In this document: in pieces, positions 25,912 through 34,771 of the stretch
How the letters are laid out: each line of letters starts with the position of its first letter
How positions within the stretch are numbered: position 1 is the stretch's first letter
Source: an uncultured Mollicutes bacterium
Lineage (GTDB): Bacteria > Bacillota_I > Bacilli_A > RFN20 > CAG-826
Direction of reading: 5' to 3'
Length of the DNA stretch: 64,000 nt
Assembly (NCBI GenBank): GCA_900540395.1
Contig: UQFQ01000002.1
Coordinates: 78,918 to 142,917, forward strand
Translations under genes and position numbers: made by a program
The notes under the pieces: generated by a model
What the model was told of the DNA's origin: nothing
Databases searched by the model: none
What the model saw: the letters and a program-made list of their open reading frames with translations, nothing else

Positions 25912-27213
25912 ATGAAAAGAACTACATTTATTAAATCATTAGCTTTTTTATCGTTATTTTCGTGTATTACTTCTTGTAGTAATGGTAAAGCGACACTACT
26001 ATTTGAAGCTAGCAAGAACTTTAGTATCTCAAGGGGAGATCTTGAGACTGAAAATTATCAAAAATTAATTGCTGGAGCTAAATCTTTTTCAGCAAAACTT
26101 TCAGAAGAATTGTTAAAAGATTATCAAGATGGCACAAATCTTGCTTTTTCACCAATATCTATTTATCTAGATTTAGGTTTAGGAGCTAGAGCAAGTGCAG
26201 GCAATACACAAGAACAAATATTAAATGCTTTAAATGTAGATTTTGAAACATTAAATAGCAGTTATAAAACTTTATTTTGTCTCTTAAACGATGAATATGA
26301 TGAAGGCAAGATATTAACAACAAACTCTGTTTGGCTAGCACAAAACCAAGATTTAAAATTTAATGAAGACACTTTAAAAGATTTAGCTAATGATTATTAT
26401 TGTTATTCTTATTCAGCTGATTTTGCAAACGACAATGCAAACGCTAATAAAGCGATTACTAATTTTATTAAAGAAAAAACAAACGGCTTATTATCGCCTG
26501 ATTTAAAGTTATCTAGCGAAACTTTCTTTGTTTTACTTAACACGCTTTATTTAAAAGATGTTTGGAATATATTGGGAAACGATTTAGCACTTTACAATGG
26601 AGATATTGATTTTACTAATAGTGATGGAAGTGTAGCATCAAATAAAGATTTTCTTCTCGGTAATTACGAGACAGGTTTAACTTATGAAAGCGATGATTTC
26701 GAATCGTTTTACGCTGAAACTTTAAACGGTTATGAACTTATTTTTATTAAGCCAAAAGGTGATAAAAAAGTTGAAGATGTATTTACTCAAGAAAATATAG
26801 AGTATTTAATGGATCATGATTTTGCGCTAGGTGCTCTTGACAATGAAAATCTTTTAGAACATAAAACTCGAGTAATATTTCCAGAATTTGAAGCAGAATT
26901 TTTTAAAGAAATAAAGGATACTTTAATTACTGATTTTGGTATTACAGATTTGTTTAATTATAAGTGTGATTTAACACCTTTAATTAAAACAGATGTACCA
27001 CATTGGTGTACAGACTTAATTCATGCTACAAAATTAAAAGTTGATAGAAAAGGAATAGAAGGTGCTGCAATTAGTGCTTTAGTGGATGCAGCAACCGCTT
27101 ATGATCCATATGAAAAAGTTTTCCATGATTTTGTAGTTGATCGTAGTTTTGGCTATTTGATTAGAAGTGGTCGCGACAAGATTTTATTTAGTGGTGTTGT
27201 TGAAACTTTATAA
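25912..27213 (+). CDS. Serpin-family protease inhibitor, lipoprotein
   Basis: Lipobox 'ITS-C'. Serpin N-terminal block 'NLAFSPISIYLDLGLGARASAGNTQEQILNAL'. Hinge/RCL 'KGIEGAAISALVDAATAY'. C-terminal 'FVVDRSFGYLIR' (cf. F.ADHPFLF.I). Confidence 0.8.
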   Translation: MKRTTFIKSLAFLSLFSCITSCSNGKATLLFEASKNFSISRGDLETENYQKLIAGAKSFSAKLSEELLKDYQDGTNLAFSPISIYLDLGLGARASAGNTQEQILNALNVDFETLNSSYKTLFCLLNDEYDEGKILTTNSVWLAQNQDLKFNEDTLKDLANDYYCYSYSADFANDNANANKAITNFIKEKTNGLLSPDLKLSSETFFVLLNTLYLKDVWNILGNDLALYNGDIDFTNSDGSVASNKDFLLGNYETGLTYESDDFESFYAETLNGYELIFIKPKGDKKVEDVFTQENIEYLMDHDFALGALDNENLLEHKTRVIFPEFEAEFFKEIKDTLITDFGITDLFNYKCDLTPLIKTDVPHWCTDLIHATKLKVDRKGIEGAAISALVDAATAYDPYEKVFHDFVVDRSFGYLIRSGRDKILFSGVVETL

Positions 27214-27249
27214 AGAAGTTTAGAAACTCTTTAGGAAAAGAAGATAAAA

Positions 27250-27445
27250 CTATCGTTACTTATTTAAACTACATTACTCTTTTAGAAATTCAAGAAAGCA
27301 GTAAATTAACATATCGAGTTAATGATTTTAATAGAATACATATTAACGGTAATGAAAGATAACTTTACACATCTAAAGTGATGGACGTTTTAAATTTTTC
27401 GAAATTAGATATACATAATTAAATTGAGAAGAAACAATAGAGAAA
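27250..27445 (+). pseudogene. Degenerate fragment of a class I mannose-6-phosphate isomerase gene (copy of part of 40374..41264)
   Basis: 27277-27430 aligns collinearly with 40897-41050 at a constant offset of 13620 ('tttagaaattcaagaaag.agtaaattaac.tatcgagtt'). Roughly four-fifths of the bases match by eye. The translation 'LLEIQESSKLTYRVNDFNR..' contains in-frame stops. Confidence 0.7.
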
Positions 27446-27608
27446 CTAAAGAAAGTAAATATAAAAGTTATTTGGCATTGCCTTGTTAAAAATATCTATT
27501 AAAGAAGACTTATTCTTAATAACTACTAATTAATTAACCATTTTGGTTGATAACTTTTAGGCAAAATAATTTTTTAAACTAACTAATTGAGATTAAAGGT
27601 ATTTTATA

Positions 27609-27625
27609 GTGATAATGATTATCAC
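27609..27625. promoter_or_regulatory. 17-bp palindrome GTGATAATGATTATCAC upstream of the TrmB gene (candidate operator)
   Basis: Perfect 8-nt arms around a central G. Lies ~25 nt upstream of TATAAT (27650-27655). Confidence 0.3.
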
Positions 27626-27663
27626 TATCGACAATCTTAAATTAGTTTTTATAATTGATTTTG

Positions 27664-28554
27664 ATGAGTTGTGTTGGCAATACTAAAAAATATGATTTCC
27701 TTTTAAATATAGGCTTTACTTTAAATGAAGCTAAAGTTTATTTAGCACTTATTCAATATAATGAATTAAATGGTTATGAAGCGAGTAAGCTTTCTGGAGT
27801 TTCACGTTCTTTAGTTTACGATGTGTTAGAAAGATTAGTGAACAAAGGTTTTGTTTTCAAATGTAACGGTTATACAAATATTTATAAAGCTTTAGATTAT
27901 GATAAATTGATTGAGAAAATAAATAGGACAAATCAAAATAATTTGTTAATTGCTAAAGAAAAACTCAAGGATTGTTCAGGTAAAGAAAAAGAGAGCGAAT
28001 TTATTTTTAATATTAAAGGGTTTGATAATTTTATCTCAAAAGCTAAAAGTTTAATTTTAGAAGCTAAAAAGGAGATTTCTTTATCATTATGGAAAAATGA
28101 ATTCAATCTAATAAAAGATGAACTAACTGAAGCGATCAAAAAAGGAATTAAGGTCTACATTTTTTCTTTTGAAGATATTTATTTAGAGAATGCTTCAATA
28201 TTTTCTTATAAGATAAATGATCCTGAAAAGTTATTTCCTTATCGTAGAACAACAATAATTGTTGATAACTTAGATACTTTACTTGGGGAAAATACAGGTG
28301 ATAAAAGTGTTTCAATTTATACAAAAAATCACGCTTTAACTTCATTAGCAACTGATGAAATTGTGTTAAACATTTTCTGGTATAAATTGATTAAAAAAAG
28401 AAATCTTTTGGAAAAATGTTCGAATTTTGCAAGCTTTTTGAATGTTTTAAAGGCTTTAAAAGAAGAGTTTGATATTGATGAAAAAATGACAAAAAACTTT
28501 ATGGTTTTTGATTTTCAATTTGGAGGAGATAAAAATGGAACAGTCAAAAATTGA
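27664..28554 (+). CDS. TrmB family transcriptional regulator
   Basis: Winged-helix 'LNEAKVYLALIQYNELNGYEASKLSGVSRSLVYDVLERLVNKGFV' plus a C-terminal TrmB-type effector domain. Start uncertain (ATG at 27664, no SD). Confidence 0.75.
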   Translation: MSCVGNTKKYDFLLNIGFTLNEAKVYLALIQYNELNGYEASKLSGVSRSLVYDVLERLVNKGFVFKCNGYTNIYKALDYDKLIEKINRTNQNNLLIAKEKLKDCSGKEKESEFIFNIKGFDNFISKAKSLILEAKKEISLSLWKNEFNLIKDELTEAIKKGIKVYIFSFEDIYLENASIFSYKINDPEKLFPYRRTTIIVDNLDTLLGENTGDKSVSIYTKNHALTSLATDEIVLNIFWYKLIKKRNLLEKCSNFASFLNVLKALKEEFDIDEKMTKNFMVFDFQFGGDKNGTVKN

Positions 28555-29950
28555 AAAGCTAAAAGCGCGTGAAGCAAAAGAATTGGTTAGGCGAGAAAGG
28601 CAGTTCAAATTTAAAGAAAATAAGTTTTATCTTATTTATCTTTTTATGATTCTTTCTCTGGTCTTTATTACCGATGAAATTGCTTCGACAATCTCAATTC
28701 AATTTCAATCTAATATTGTTAATGAATTTTTTGTTGATAATATGGGACTTTCTTATGGTGAAGGATTGTCTATTTTTTCGGCTTTAGGCTTTATTACTTA
28801 CCCAATTTCTTTATTAATGGTTATTTATCGACCATTAGCAGACCGATTTGGCCGAAAGCCATTTCTAATTATCAATACTTTTTGCATGGCTTTAGGCTTA
28901 TTTATTGTTTATCTTTCTAAAGAAATAGTTGTTTATATGATTGGTGGAACTCTCATGGGCTTTATGGTTTCTCATGATATGCAAGCGGTTTATATATTAG
29001 AATGTAGTGATGAGAAAAATAGGGCAAGAAACTATTCGATAGTTAAATCAATAGCCATTTTAGGTACGCTTCTTATTCCTCTTTTAAGGGAAACTTTAAT
29101 GAAAAATATTAGTTCAAGATGGCATTTAGTTTATCTTGTTCCGGCTATAATTGGTTTTGTATTGTCGTTTGTTGCTTTATTATTTGCTAAGGAAACTCAT
29201 ACCTTTTTGACAAATAGAATTAAATACTTAAAAACTCCTTATGAAGTAAGAGAGCAGGAAAGCAAAGAAGAAAAAATAAACAATGCACAAGGTGGAATAA
29301 TTAATGGAGTAAAATTTGCTTTTAAGCATCACCAGTTAAGATGGCTAATAATTGCCTGTGTTTTCTTCTACTTTGCTTCTTTAGCGACTTCGACCTATAA
29401 CACAGTTATGGCTGAATCAGCGAAAATGAGTGAGCAAGATATAACTTACGCTTTATATCTATATCCAGTCGGGAATGCCTTAGCTACTTTTATAAGTGGA
29501 TGTATTTCAGATAAATTTGGCAGGAAAACTACCATTATTGCCATGGGCAGCGCTTCATTAGTTTGCTATAGTCTTTTTATTGCCTCCTCCATGTTATCTT
29601 GGACGCCATTTTTAACTGGCTTTGCAATTGGTGGATTTATGGGCTCATATTGGGGCGCAGGCGACACAATTGGTTCTATTATGTTTTCAGAATCCTCACC
29701 AACTAATTTAAGATCATCAATAACAGTAATTAATACTTTACTTAATGGAATAATAGGAGGAGTTGCTTCAATTATATCCATGATAGTTGTACCTTTAATT
29801 CCTGAAAGTGCCTTTGGATATTTCTATTTATGTCTTACATTACCAGGATTAATTGGTGCAGTTATAGTAATGATAAAATGTGTTGGTGAAACTAAAGGAT
29901 TAGATTTAACTAAAGTTACCGGATTAGAATGGGATAAAAAGAAGGAGTAG
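28535..29950 (+). CDS. MFS transporter
   Basis: RBS 'ggagga' before the ATG at 28535. About 12 TM segments. The loop 2-3 motif 'PLADRFGRKP' and its repeat 'ISDKFGRKT' are typical of MFS. Confidence 0.8.
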   Translation: MEQSKIEKLKAREAKELVRRERQFKFKENKFYLIYLFMILSLVFITDEIASTISIQFQSNIVNEFFVDNMGLSYGEGLSIFSALGFITYPISLLMVIYRPLADRFGRKPFLIINTFCMALGLFIVYLSKEIVVYMIGGTLMGFMVSHDMQAVYILECSDEKNRARNYSIVKSIAILGTLLIPLLRETLMKNISSRWHLVYLVPAIIGFVLSFVALLFAKETHTFLTNRIKYLKTPYEVREQESKEEKINNAQGGIINGVKFAFKHHQLRWLIIACVFFYFASLATSTYNTVMAESAKMSEQDITYALYLYPVGNALATFISGCISDKFGRKTTIIAMGSASLVCYSLFIASSMLSWTPFLTGFAIGGFMGSYWGAGDTIGSIMFSESSPTNLRSSITVINTLLNGIIGGVASIISMIVVPLIPESAFGYFYLCLTLPGLIGAVIVMIKCVGETKGLDLTKVTGLEWDKKKE

Positions 29951-29952
29951 AA

Positions 29953-30738
29953 ATGGATACTAAATTATTCGAATTACAACAAGGTGAAAAACCTTTAGAT
30001 ATTATTAAGGAAAATTGCGGTTTTGCAGGGATTTTTAAAGAAATAGGAGTAATTGGTGATTCATTATCTAGTGGAGAATTTGAATCTACTGGATCAAATG
30101 GAGAAGTTTTATACCATGATTTTTATGAATATTCGTGGCCAGCGATTCTAGAAAGATTAACTGGTACTAAATACGCTAATTATTCTCGAGGAGGAATGAG
30201 CTTTAAGGAATTTTATGAATCTTGGGCAGATAAAAATAATTTTTGGCAAAAAAAGCAAGCTTATATAATTTCTTTAGGAAATAATGATTTATTTGTTTTT
30301 AATCAAGCTATCGGAAGCGCTAAAGATATTAATTTAGATGATCCTTCAAAAAATCACGATACTTATTTTGGATATATGGGGAAGGTGATTTCTAAGTTAA
30401 AATCTCTTCAAAAAGATGCACGTATTTTTCTTGTTTCTCTTCAAATTGATCATACCTCAAAAGAAAAAGATGAAGCAGCATATTATGTTTGTGAAGAAAT
30501 GAAAAAGGTAGTTAAAATGTTCTCTTTTACTTACCTTCTTGATATGACTCATTATGGTCCTCTTTATGATGAAAAAGCGAGAGAAAAATTTGCAATGGGA
30601 TTTCATCCTAATGCAATGGGATATTATGTTTATGCTTTAGCAATCGGTAATTATATTGATTATATAATTAGAGAAAATTATAAAGATTTTTTTGAAGTTC
30701 CTTTTATTGGGACAAATTTTAAAAACAAAAATATTTAA
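29953..30738 (+). CDS. SGNH/GDSL hydrolase (cytoplasmic esterase)
   Basis: Block I 'VIGDSLSSG', block III 'SLGNNDL', block V-like 'GFHPNAMGY'. RBS 'aaggag'. Confidence 0.75.
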   Translation: MDTKLFELQQGEKPLDIIKENCGFAGIFKEIGVIGDSLSSGEFESTGSNGEVLYHDFYEYSWPAILERLTGTKYANYSRGGMSFKEFYESWADKNNFWQKKQAYIISLGNNDLFVFNQAIGSAKDINLDDPSKNHDTYFGYMGKVISKLKSLQKDARIFLVSLQIDHTSKEKDEAAYYVCEEMKKVVKMFSFTYLLDMTHYGPLYDEKAREKFAMGFHPNAMGYYVYALAIGNYIDYIIRENYKDFFEVPFIGTNFKNKNI

Positions 30739-30828
30739 ATATAAAAATTAAGAAAAACTAAGTTATTTGCCTATTCCTACACGAATTTTTTTAATGAATT
30801 TATAATATTTAAATTGTAGAATTTAGGC

Positions 30829-31506
30829 ATGAATGATTTTTTAATTTATTCGGTAGAAGATGATCATGAAATTTCTAATTTAATTCGAATAGCTTTAGAA
30901 AAAAGTGATTTTGAGGTTCGCTGTTTTGATGATGACGAATCTTTTTTAAAAACTTTCGAAATAAAAAAACCAAATTTAATTCTTCTTGATTTAATGCTTC
31001 CTGGAATTCAAGGTGATGAAATTTTAAAAATAATAAGAAAAGATATAGATAATGATAAAATTCCTATCGTTATATTAAGTGCGAAATCTCTTCTTGAAGA
31101 TAGAATTACAGGTTTAAATAATGGTGCAGATGATTATATTGTTAAGCCTTTTAATATTAAAGAACTAATAAGTAGAATTAACGTACATTATCGTAAATTT
31201 TTAAAAGATAAATATATTATCAAGATTAATGAATATACATTAGATTTTAAAAATGAACAATTTTATAAATATGATTCTTTAATTGATTTAACTTCGAATG
31301 AATTTAAAATTTTAAAATATTTATTTTTAAAGCAAGGTAATGTTGTTTCTCGTGATGAACTTTATAATCAAATTTGGGGAACAAATAATAAAAATAATTC
31401 TCGAAGTGTTGATATGCATATTAAATCTTTACGCGAAAAGATTGGTGACGAGAATAAAAACTTTATTAAATCTATATATGGTGGCGGCTATATAATTGAA
31501 AAATGA
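30829..31506 (+). CDS. OmpR-family response regulator
   Basis: Receiver 'LILLDLMLPG', 'ILSAKS', 'GADDYIVKPF'. Winged-helix output 'LTSNEFKILKYLF..VVSRDELY..VDMHIKSLREK'. Confidence 0.9.
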   Translation: MNDFLIYSVEDDHEISNLIRIALEKSDFEVRCFDDDESFLKTFEIKKPNLILLDLMLPGIQGDEILKIIRKDIDNDKIPIVILSAKSLLEDRITGLNNGADDYIVKPFNIKELISRINVHYRKFLKDKYIIKINEYTLDFKNEQFYKYDSLIDLTSNEFKILKYLFLKQGNVVSRDELYNQIWGTNNKNNSRSVDMHIKSLREKIGDENKNFIKSIYGGGYIIEK

Positions 31507-33164
31507 CTCGATTTAAAAGAACTTTCATATTATTTTTATTTACTCTTGGGTTTATTGTAATTATGCTAGTGGGACTATTAGTTCCATTTTTCGGCTTAGA
31601 AAATTCTTATAAAGAGGCGCTAACTAATGTCGCTTTAAATATAAATAGTAATTTGAACTCAGAAAATCAAGGCGATGTTTTATCCTTTTTTAAAAGCGAC
31701 GAAACAAAAGACATTATTATGTTTAATGGAAGCGGAAATGTTATAGAATCAACTGATGAGATAAGTTTTGAGCCTAATTATTTATTTAAGTTAAAAAATA
31801 ATTTAAATAATGTCTTTTCTTTTAAAAATAGTGATGGGCGAGATGGATTGGCTTATTGTCTATACAATAGTGACTCATCTTTATACGTTTTAACCATCAT
31901 TTATTTTGATTCAACTTATATTATCTTTAAGGTATTTGTTATTGTCTTTCCAATACTTTTAATAATTTTATCTGTGTTTTGCATACTTTTTGAATATTTA
32001 AAGACAAAAAAAGATGCTTCCTATCTTAAATATCAAGTTAGAAAATTAAGAAACATTGTTAATATTCAAACTATGGTTGAATACGATAATGATGTTGAGA
32101 ATTTGGCCAATATTTTAAAAGACACCAGAAGAGAGCTTGATCGACAACTTAAAAATAATTTCTTAAGCGAAAAGAAACTTAATTTTATTTTGGATTCTAT
32201 CGAGCAAGGAATACTCGTAGTTAATTTGGAAGGAGTAATAATTCTTTCTAACAAAAAAGGAAGAGATATTATTAAAGTCGAAAGAAATGACAAGAAAATT
32301 ATTGAAAGTCCTTTGACTCATGACATTTTAGTAAATGTAAAAGTGGTTTCTTCTTTAAATAGACCAATGTTATTTAATAAAGAAATAGATGGGAAAATTT
32401 ATGAATTTAATATTAATAATATTGATGATTCATTTAATGAAAACTCTTCAAAAGTGAGAAGTGTGTCCATCTTAATTGTTGATATTACTGATAAATTTAA
32501 TAGTGAAAAGATGAAAAGAGACTTCTTTGCTAATGCAGCCCATGAGTTAAAATCACCATTAACTACAATTTTAGGATATCAAGAGCTTATAAAAGATGGT
32601 GTTTTAAGTACAAACGAAGAAATTAAAACAGCTAATGAAAAAACAATTAAAGAAAGTGAGAGAATGAACAAACTTATTATGGAAATGCTTGAACTTTCTT
32701 CTTTAGAAAATAATAATTTAAGACCAATTGAAAAGGTTGATGTTTCTAAAGAACTCGATAATATTTTGCTGATGCTTGAAGAGCAAATTTCAGCTAAACA
32801 TATTAAGGTCATTAAAAACTATGAAAAATTAATTTTAAAAATTAACAATGAAGATTTTTATAACTTATTTAAGAACATTATTGAAAACGCCATCCGTTAT
32901 AACAAAGAAGGTGGCGAAATTGTAATTATGATTGACACAAAAAATCACAAAATTTCAGTTAAAGATAGCGGAATTGGTGTGAGTGATGAGAATAAATCAC
33001 GTATTTTTGAAAGATTTTATCGTGTTGATAAAGCTAGAAGTAGAGAAAATGGTGGAACCGGACTTGGTCTATCGATTGTTAAATATATCTGCAACTATTA
33101 CGATTATAAGATTGACGTTAAAAGTAGCTTAGGAAAGGGTTCAGAATTTACAATTACTTATTAA
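31503..33164 (+). CDS. Sensor histidine kinase (2 TM, extracytoplasmic loop, PAS-like, HisKA, HATPase_c)
   Basis: H-box 'FFANAAHELKSPLTTI', N-box 'IENAIRYN', G-boxes 'DSGIGV' and 'GGTGLGLSIVK'. ATGA overlap with the response regulator gene. Confidence 0.9.
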   Translation: MTRFKRTFILFLFTLGFIVIMLVGLLVPFFGLENSYKEALTNVALNINSNLNSENQGDVLSFFKSDETKDIIMFNGSGNVIESTDEISFEPNYLFKLKNNLNNVFSFKNSDGRDGLAYCLYNSDSSLYVLTIIYFDSTYIIFKVFVIVFPILLIILSVFCILFEYLKTKKDASYLKYQVRKLRNIVNIQTMVEYDNDVENLANILKDTRRELDRQLKNNFLSEKKLNFILDSIEQGILVVNLEGVIILSNKKGRDIIKVERNDKKIIESPLTHDILVNVKVVSSLNRPMLFNKEIDGKIYEFNINNIDDSFNENSSKVRSVSILIVDITDKFNSEKMKRDFFANAAHELKSPLTTILGYQELIKDGVLSTNEEIKTANEKTIKESERMNKLIMEMLELSSLENNNLRPIEKVDVSKELDNILLMLEEQISAKHIKVIKNYEKLILKINNEDFYNLFKNIIENAIRYNKEGGEIVIMIDTKNHKISVKDSGIGVSDENKSRIFERFYRVDKARSRENGGTGLGLSIVKYICNYYDYKIDVKSSLGKGSEFTITY

Positions 33165-33260
33165 TTTCTTTACAATTTATAAAATCTTAATTTATTCGAT
33201 TATTATCGTAAAAAATAACAATAATTTAATTGCAAAATTAAAGATTGTAAATTTTTTTAC

Positions 33261-33288
33261 TTGAATTGTAAGCGCTTACATTTATAAT
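33261..33288 (+). promoter_or_regulatory. Candidate promoter TTGAAT-N16-TATAAT for the 33328 operon
   Basis: TTGAAT at 33261-33266 and TATAAT at 33283-33288, ~40 nt upstream of the RBS 'aggagg'. Confidence 0.45.
33267..33280. promoter_or_regulatory. Perfect cre-type / LacI-family palindrome TGTAAGCGCTTACA
   Basis: Matches the Gram-positive cre consensus TGWAANCGNTNWCA at every specified position. It fills the -35/-10 spacer of the candidate promoter. Confidence 0.6.
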
Positions 33289-33327
33289 TAAAGTATCTAA
33301 AAAAAACTTTTTGTAGGAGGATTTATA

Positions 33328-34695
33328 ATGAAAAAGTCAAAAGGTTTGTTTACGTTGAGTGCTGCTATAATCTGTGCATGTACTATGACAGCTTGTGGTG
33401 GTAGCGGCAATGATGCTATTAAAGATACAAATAAAGATATCATTGCAGAAGCTCAAACTTTATCAAGAGATGAGCTCTTTAAAAAAGCTGCTGAAGAAAT
33501 TGGTAGTGGAACATTAAAGTTTATTGGAACATCATCAAGATTTAAAAATGCTATTGATGGATTTAAAGCTGAACTTGCTGAATATAATCCAGAGTGTGCT
33601 AATATGGAAATAGCCACTGATACAGCAGTTGATGGTAAAATTTATACAAAACTTTGCGGTGAAATTGATGCTGGTTTAACAACAGGATATGATGCCGCTT
33701 TAGTCCAAGATGGTTATCAATTGCAAGCTCTTGGAATTAACACAGGAAAATTTTTAAACTACGTTCCAAAAGAATGGAGTGATGCAACAGATACTGATAA
33801 AACTAAGAACGCAAATCCATTCTCACTTCAATATAATATGAAGACTTGGATGGTTAATAATGGTGGTAAAGGTGCTGATGTTGTTGTCGATAACATTTGG
33901 GATGTTACACAATCTAAATTTAAAGGTCACATCCACACTATGGATCCAGATAACGAAAACGTTAATAGAGACTGGTTAATTATGCTCACTCAAAAAGAAT
34001 GGTGTGACGCTCTTGAAGATGCTTTTAATGATTCAACAAATGATAATAAGTCTTTAGATATCACTAAATATGATAAATATGGTGAACAAAAATATGCATA
34101 TGCATTTATTGAAGGTTTCTTAACTAATGCTGTTTTCTATGGTGATGATGGGCTTGCTCGTGATGCTTTCATGAGAGATTATGGCGGTCTTGCCTGGATT
34201 GTTTATTCTAAAATTGCTTCAATTCAAGAAACAGCTGAAATAACTAAGAAAAATATTACAATTGCTGCTTTAGGTAAAGATATTAGTGACGGAGCAAATC
34301 CTGGTGATTCAAAGATTAATGGATTTGGTGGATTTATGTATAAACACTACTTACAAATCATGCCATATACTCAACATCCTTGGACTTCATGTGCCTTTAT
34401 TAACTATTTGAGTACAACTAAAGAAGGCTATGCTGCTTGGGGAAAAGATATTGGTGATTACCCATCAATGCCTTCAATTAATATCAATAGAACCAAATTC
34501 GGTCATGGTAAGCTTGATGAGAATTATGAATTCACCCAAAGTGATGATGGTGAAAACGTCTTCCCTTGCTTAAACGATCCAGCATCAAGTTGGTGGGAAG
34601 GTAAAGCAAACGTTGTTATTGAAGATCCAGCTTATATCGTCAAAGCGTATCAAGACGTCAATGACTTTATTAAAGACGTTAAAACTAATAAATAA
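33328..34695 (+). CDS. ABC transporter solute-binding lipoprotein (Fbp/Afu-type system)
   Basis: Lipobox 'MTA-C' then 'GGSGND'. Assigned by context, since it sits upstream of a fused double permease and an ATPase. 455 aa. Confidence 0.7.
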   Translation: MKKSKGLFTLSAAIICACTMTACGGSGNDAIKDTNKDIIAEAQTLSRDELFKKAAEEIGSGTLKFIGTSSRFKNAIDGFKAELAEYNPECANMEIATDTAVDGKIYTKLCGEIDAGLTTGYDAALVQDGYQLQALGINTGKFLNYVPKEWSDATDTDKTKNANPFSLQYNMKTWMVNNGGKGADVVVDNIWDVTQSKFKGHIHTMDPDNENVNRDWLIMLTQKEWCDALEDAFNDSTNDNKSLDITKYDKYGEQKYAYAFIEGFLTNAVFYGDDGLARDAFMRDYGGLAWIVYSKIASIQETAEITKKNITIAALGKDISDGANPGDSKINGFGGFMYKHYLQIMPYTQHPWTSCAFINYLSTTKEGYAAWGKDIGDYPSMPSININRTKFGHGKLDENYEFTQSDDGENVFPCLNDPASSWWEGKANVVIEDPAYIVKAYQDVNDFIKDVKTNK

Positions 34696-34717
34696 TAAAA
34701 TTTAAATTTAAGTCGTT

Positions 34718-34752
34718 CTTTGCGGGTAATTAATTTTACCCGCAAAGTTTTC
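34718..34752 (+). terminator. Intra-operon stem-loop / partial terminator after the SBP gene
   Basis: Perfect 12-bp stem ctttgcgggtaa / ttacccgcaaag (34718-34729 and 34736-34747), 6-nt loop, then 'ttttc'. Confidence 0.6.
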
Positions 34753-34771
34753 TATCTAAACGGAGTTAATT

